A stretch of 64,000 nt of DNA from Eledone cirrhosa (Eukaryota): positions 310,310,001 to 310,374,000 of the forward strand of contig OZ024743.1 of the NCBI GenBank assembly GCA_964016885.1, read 5' to 3'. Of the stretch, positions 60,974 through 64,000 are shown piece after piece (within the stretch, counting starts at the first letter, position 1; every line of letters begins with the position of its first letter). A program made the position numbers and the translations under genes. The notes under the pieces were generated by a model that saw nothing but the letters and a program-made list of their open reading frames with translations, was not told where the DNA came from and did not search any database.

Positions 60974-62704
60974 TCAATACGTTACTAGAGTATAGGTAGT
61001 TTTAATTTAGTAGAGAAATTATTTCTACGGGACTAGAACTGTTTCATTCGTATGAAATCACCAGGAAAGACCTTCCTGATAATTATTTACGAATAAAATA
61101 GTTACAATCCTACAGAAGGCATTTCTGTAATAAAACAAATAAAAATACATACATTCATACAGACAGACAGGGTTAAATCATTTTTGAAAAGATAAGATTT
61201 AAACATAAGAGTTAAAAATATAAAATTGAAATCAAAAGAATCTCAGCAGATCGAGACTTTCATCTAGACTGTTTCCGAGAACATTCGATATCATACATGG
61301 TAAGAAGTGGCTACCAAACAATCCACTAGTTTTCAGTTAGTTACTTATACGTTAGACGTTATATCTCTTGTATTCCACTTCTGTTATAATGTAAGGAAAC
61401 TTGAGGGGGATAGTATATTTTCTATTGAACAATGTTCAACATGTGACAAAATACGAACTAATTCAGCCTATCTAAATTGTTGTGTAGACCACTACAGCTA
61501 CTTATAAGCTCGGTAAATGCAATTCTCTGGCGTTAGACTAAAATAATGAAAGATACGAAATGCGTAAGAACTGTAAACATAAAAGAAAATGTCTGCCAAA
61601 CAAGGTGAATTACAAAAGGAAGGAAAGAGTAGTAAAGCGAAACTTTAATGTTGCAGTATGACGACAGGGTGTTGTCGAATGCTTGTTCAATGCATTATAA
61701 TATCATCTTTCATCTGTTGGTTTCATATAAAAACTTCTTTCTTATCTCTCTTGTTTAAAGTCTATAGAAAAAATGTAACTGTGCATCGACAATATAAAAT
61801 CCATTTAATGCTCGTACTAATGTCAAATTTATTCGGGTATTCGTGTGTAGTATCGAAGTAAATGTTTTGCAGCTAGATATTGATTTTTTCAGAGTTTCAA
61901 GGTCAACTAGAAGGCAATGTTGTCAATTGAATTTAAGCAAGTGTATTACTGTTACTTATTTTATCGTTTCTAACGAGATAAAATGTTATGTAATTCGAGA
62001 TAACTTTTAAACAGGGGTCAGGGCTGGCATATGCGTATTTAGTGCCGTAACCTTGCCCTGCAATGCACGCCCCCGTTTAACATTTACGCTCTATCAACTT
62101 ACAGTTTGGCAAACTGAAAAACCTCTCAACACTGCTTGCTCTAGACATAATAAGAAAATTACTATCATTGTATTTTCCACTATATGACCTACAACCTTCC
62201 ACATCAAATCATGTTACTGTTGATAACACCAGAAAACCCTATACCACAGCCCTGCTATTTAGGAAGGATGTTTACAAATTAATTTCATGATCTCAAAAAA
62301 CTATTTTATATATATATATAATACAAATATATATAAAACTATGACCCTTTATGGTTCCCCATTGACTTTCACGTTTTAGGCGACTGTCATGTCAACCAAA
62401 TATTATCACCACTCTTGACATTGACATTGGTATTTAACTAAATAGAGATAAAAATCCAGTATAGCCTTCCACATACCCGTTTATCTATTCCACTTTTATC
62501 AATATATATATTTCAATTATGCTTTGAATAGGCACATAACAGCTTATGGTGTAGGGAAGTATATGTATGTGTGGAACCGTAACGCCTCAAGGAATAATAG
62601 GGGCGGCATTTTTAGTGATTTTAAAACCCGGTGGTCTGAACACAAGATTTCTTCCAGAGAAGGATAGAGAGTAAGAGAATTGAAGTGAGAAAGTTATGCA
62701 GACG

Positions 62705-62866
62705 CACAATCGACACCAGTACTAGGCTAGTACATTTTATCGACCTCGAATGGGAGAAACTCAAAGTTGACCTCGGTGGGATTGGAACTCAGAGAGTGAA
62801 GAGCAGAAACAAATAACACAAAGCACTCTATTCCATGTTCGAACGATTCTGATAATTCACCGCCTT
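62705..62866 (-). mobile_element. Family-A SINE (diverged)
   Basis: TTTTATCGACCTCG..CAAAGTTGACCTCGGTGGGATTGGAACTCAG...TCACCGCC. Confidence 0.75.
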
Positions 62867-63058
62867 TTAGGAAATTATATACAATTGTAAAAATTTGAGT
62901 ACAACTCTTGTTCTTATTTTATCGACGATTCCGAAGATAGGAAATGGTTATGTTGATATCGATTGAATTTGAAATCACAGTATAGGCTTTTGAGGAAGCA
63001 GTAGTTTAATGTTGGCGTATTATTGTAAGGATGTTTTGGAGTTATTATTATACGACGA

Positions 63059-63242
63059 GGCGGTGGATTGGCAGTATCGGTAGTGTGTCGGACGCCATGC
63101 TTTCCAGCATAGTTACGTCCCTTAACGATCTGAGTTCAAATCCCGCCGAGGTTGACTTTGCCTTTCATCCTTACGGGGTCGATAAAATAAAGTATCAGTA
63201 ATGCACTGGGTAATTGCTGGCCTTGTGCCAAAAGTGGAAACA
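63059..63242 (+). mobile_element. Young family-A SINE with 15-bp target-site duplication
   Basis: TSD ATTATTATACGACGA at 63044-63058 and 63243-63257; closely similar to 59930-60116. Confidence 0.92.
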
Positions 63243-63317
63243 ATTATTATACGACGATATTGGTTATGTTTGCCTGCATTTGAATGGAATTTTACATAGA
63301 CAGACACTATATACTAC

Positions 63318-63578
63318 ATATACAATTTTATATAGACACAATTTTATATTTACACAATCTTATATCGACGTAATTTTATATAGACACAATTGTATATAGA
63401 ACCAATTCTATACAAACACAATTTTATATATATACACAATTTTATACAGACAATTTTATATATACACAATTTTACGTAAACACAATTTTATATAAATACA
63501 ATTTTATACAGATAATTTTAAATAGTCACAACTTTATATAGATACAATTTATATATACACACTTTTATATAAACACAA
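63318..63578. repeat. Minisatellite, ~16-20-bp unit ACACAATTTTATATA(G/T)
   Basis: More than ten imperfect tandem copies are visible. Confidence 0.88.
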
Positions 63579-64000
63579 AGCCACGCAATTTGAGGAGGCT
63601 CCCAATTGATTAATTTTACACCAGTATGTGATCGGTACTAATGTTATCGATCCTGGATGGATAAACCCTAACGGTCACGAAAACAAGATTCGAACTTCCA
63701 CTGTAAATGCTCGCAACTAAACATTAAAGGACATTTTTCCTGAATGTTTGAGTGATACAGCTAGTCTACTGCGATTGCCCACGATGAAATATTAATCAAA
63801 CATATTAATAAAACCTACATATTCGTGGAATTATCAGTCTAGGAAGCTCACAGTAACTAAACACTTCAGAGTATTTATGCTGAAAAGCTGAATATGTAGA
63901 CAGCTGCTGCTTTTGAAAATGAAACTGGCCATTAAATTGACATACAATTGTCTTTTGTTAATGAGTTGTACAACATAAATTTAACTAGACTACCGGTTAT

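Noticed and set aside
61025-61075. HHR-like minus-strand sequence CTGGTGA...GAAAC near (TA)n
   Set aside because: Core mutated and no convincing stem I; possibly a decayed copy but unsupported.

Overview
AT-rich, microsatellite-dense animal DNA, most likely octopus/cephalopod. That assignment is inferred from the repeat families and long (TA)n/(CA)n tracts and is not proven. There is one clear host gene: an intronless-CDS class A peptide-type GPCR (34473-35573, - strand) with non-canonical ENY (TM3) and KFxxY (TM7) motifs. The rest is mostly decayed transposons: a Helitron Rep/helicase relic, non-autonomous Helitrons, an RTE LINE with a PHD finger, four Penelope-like (GIY-YIG) fragments, two Tx1/L1-like fragments, two Dong/R4-like fragments, mariner MITEs and many tRNA-derived SINEs. 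The most striking signal, found by reading the sequence, is about 10 type-I hammerhead ribozyme (HHR) motifs. Several have intact cores and some have unusually long stem-II insertions. Nearly all point into a (TA)n tract 35-210 nt downstream. They sit in short non-coding inserts or at Penelope 3' ends, and several of these inserts carry fold-back palindromes at the 5' junction. This suggests a (TA)n-targeting, ribozyme-bearing Penelope/retrozyme system. All structures were paired by eye and many element boundaries are approximate.
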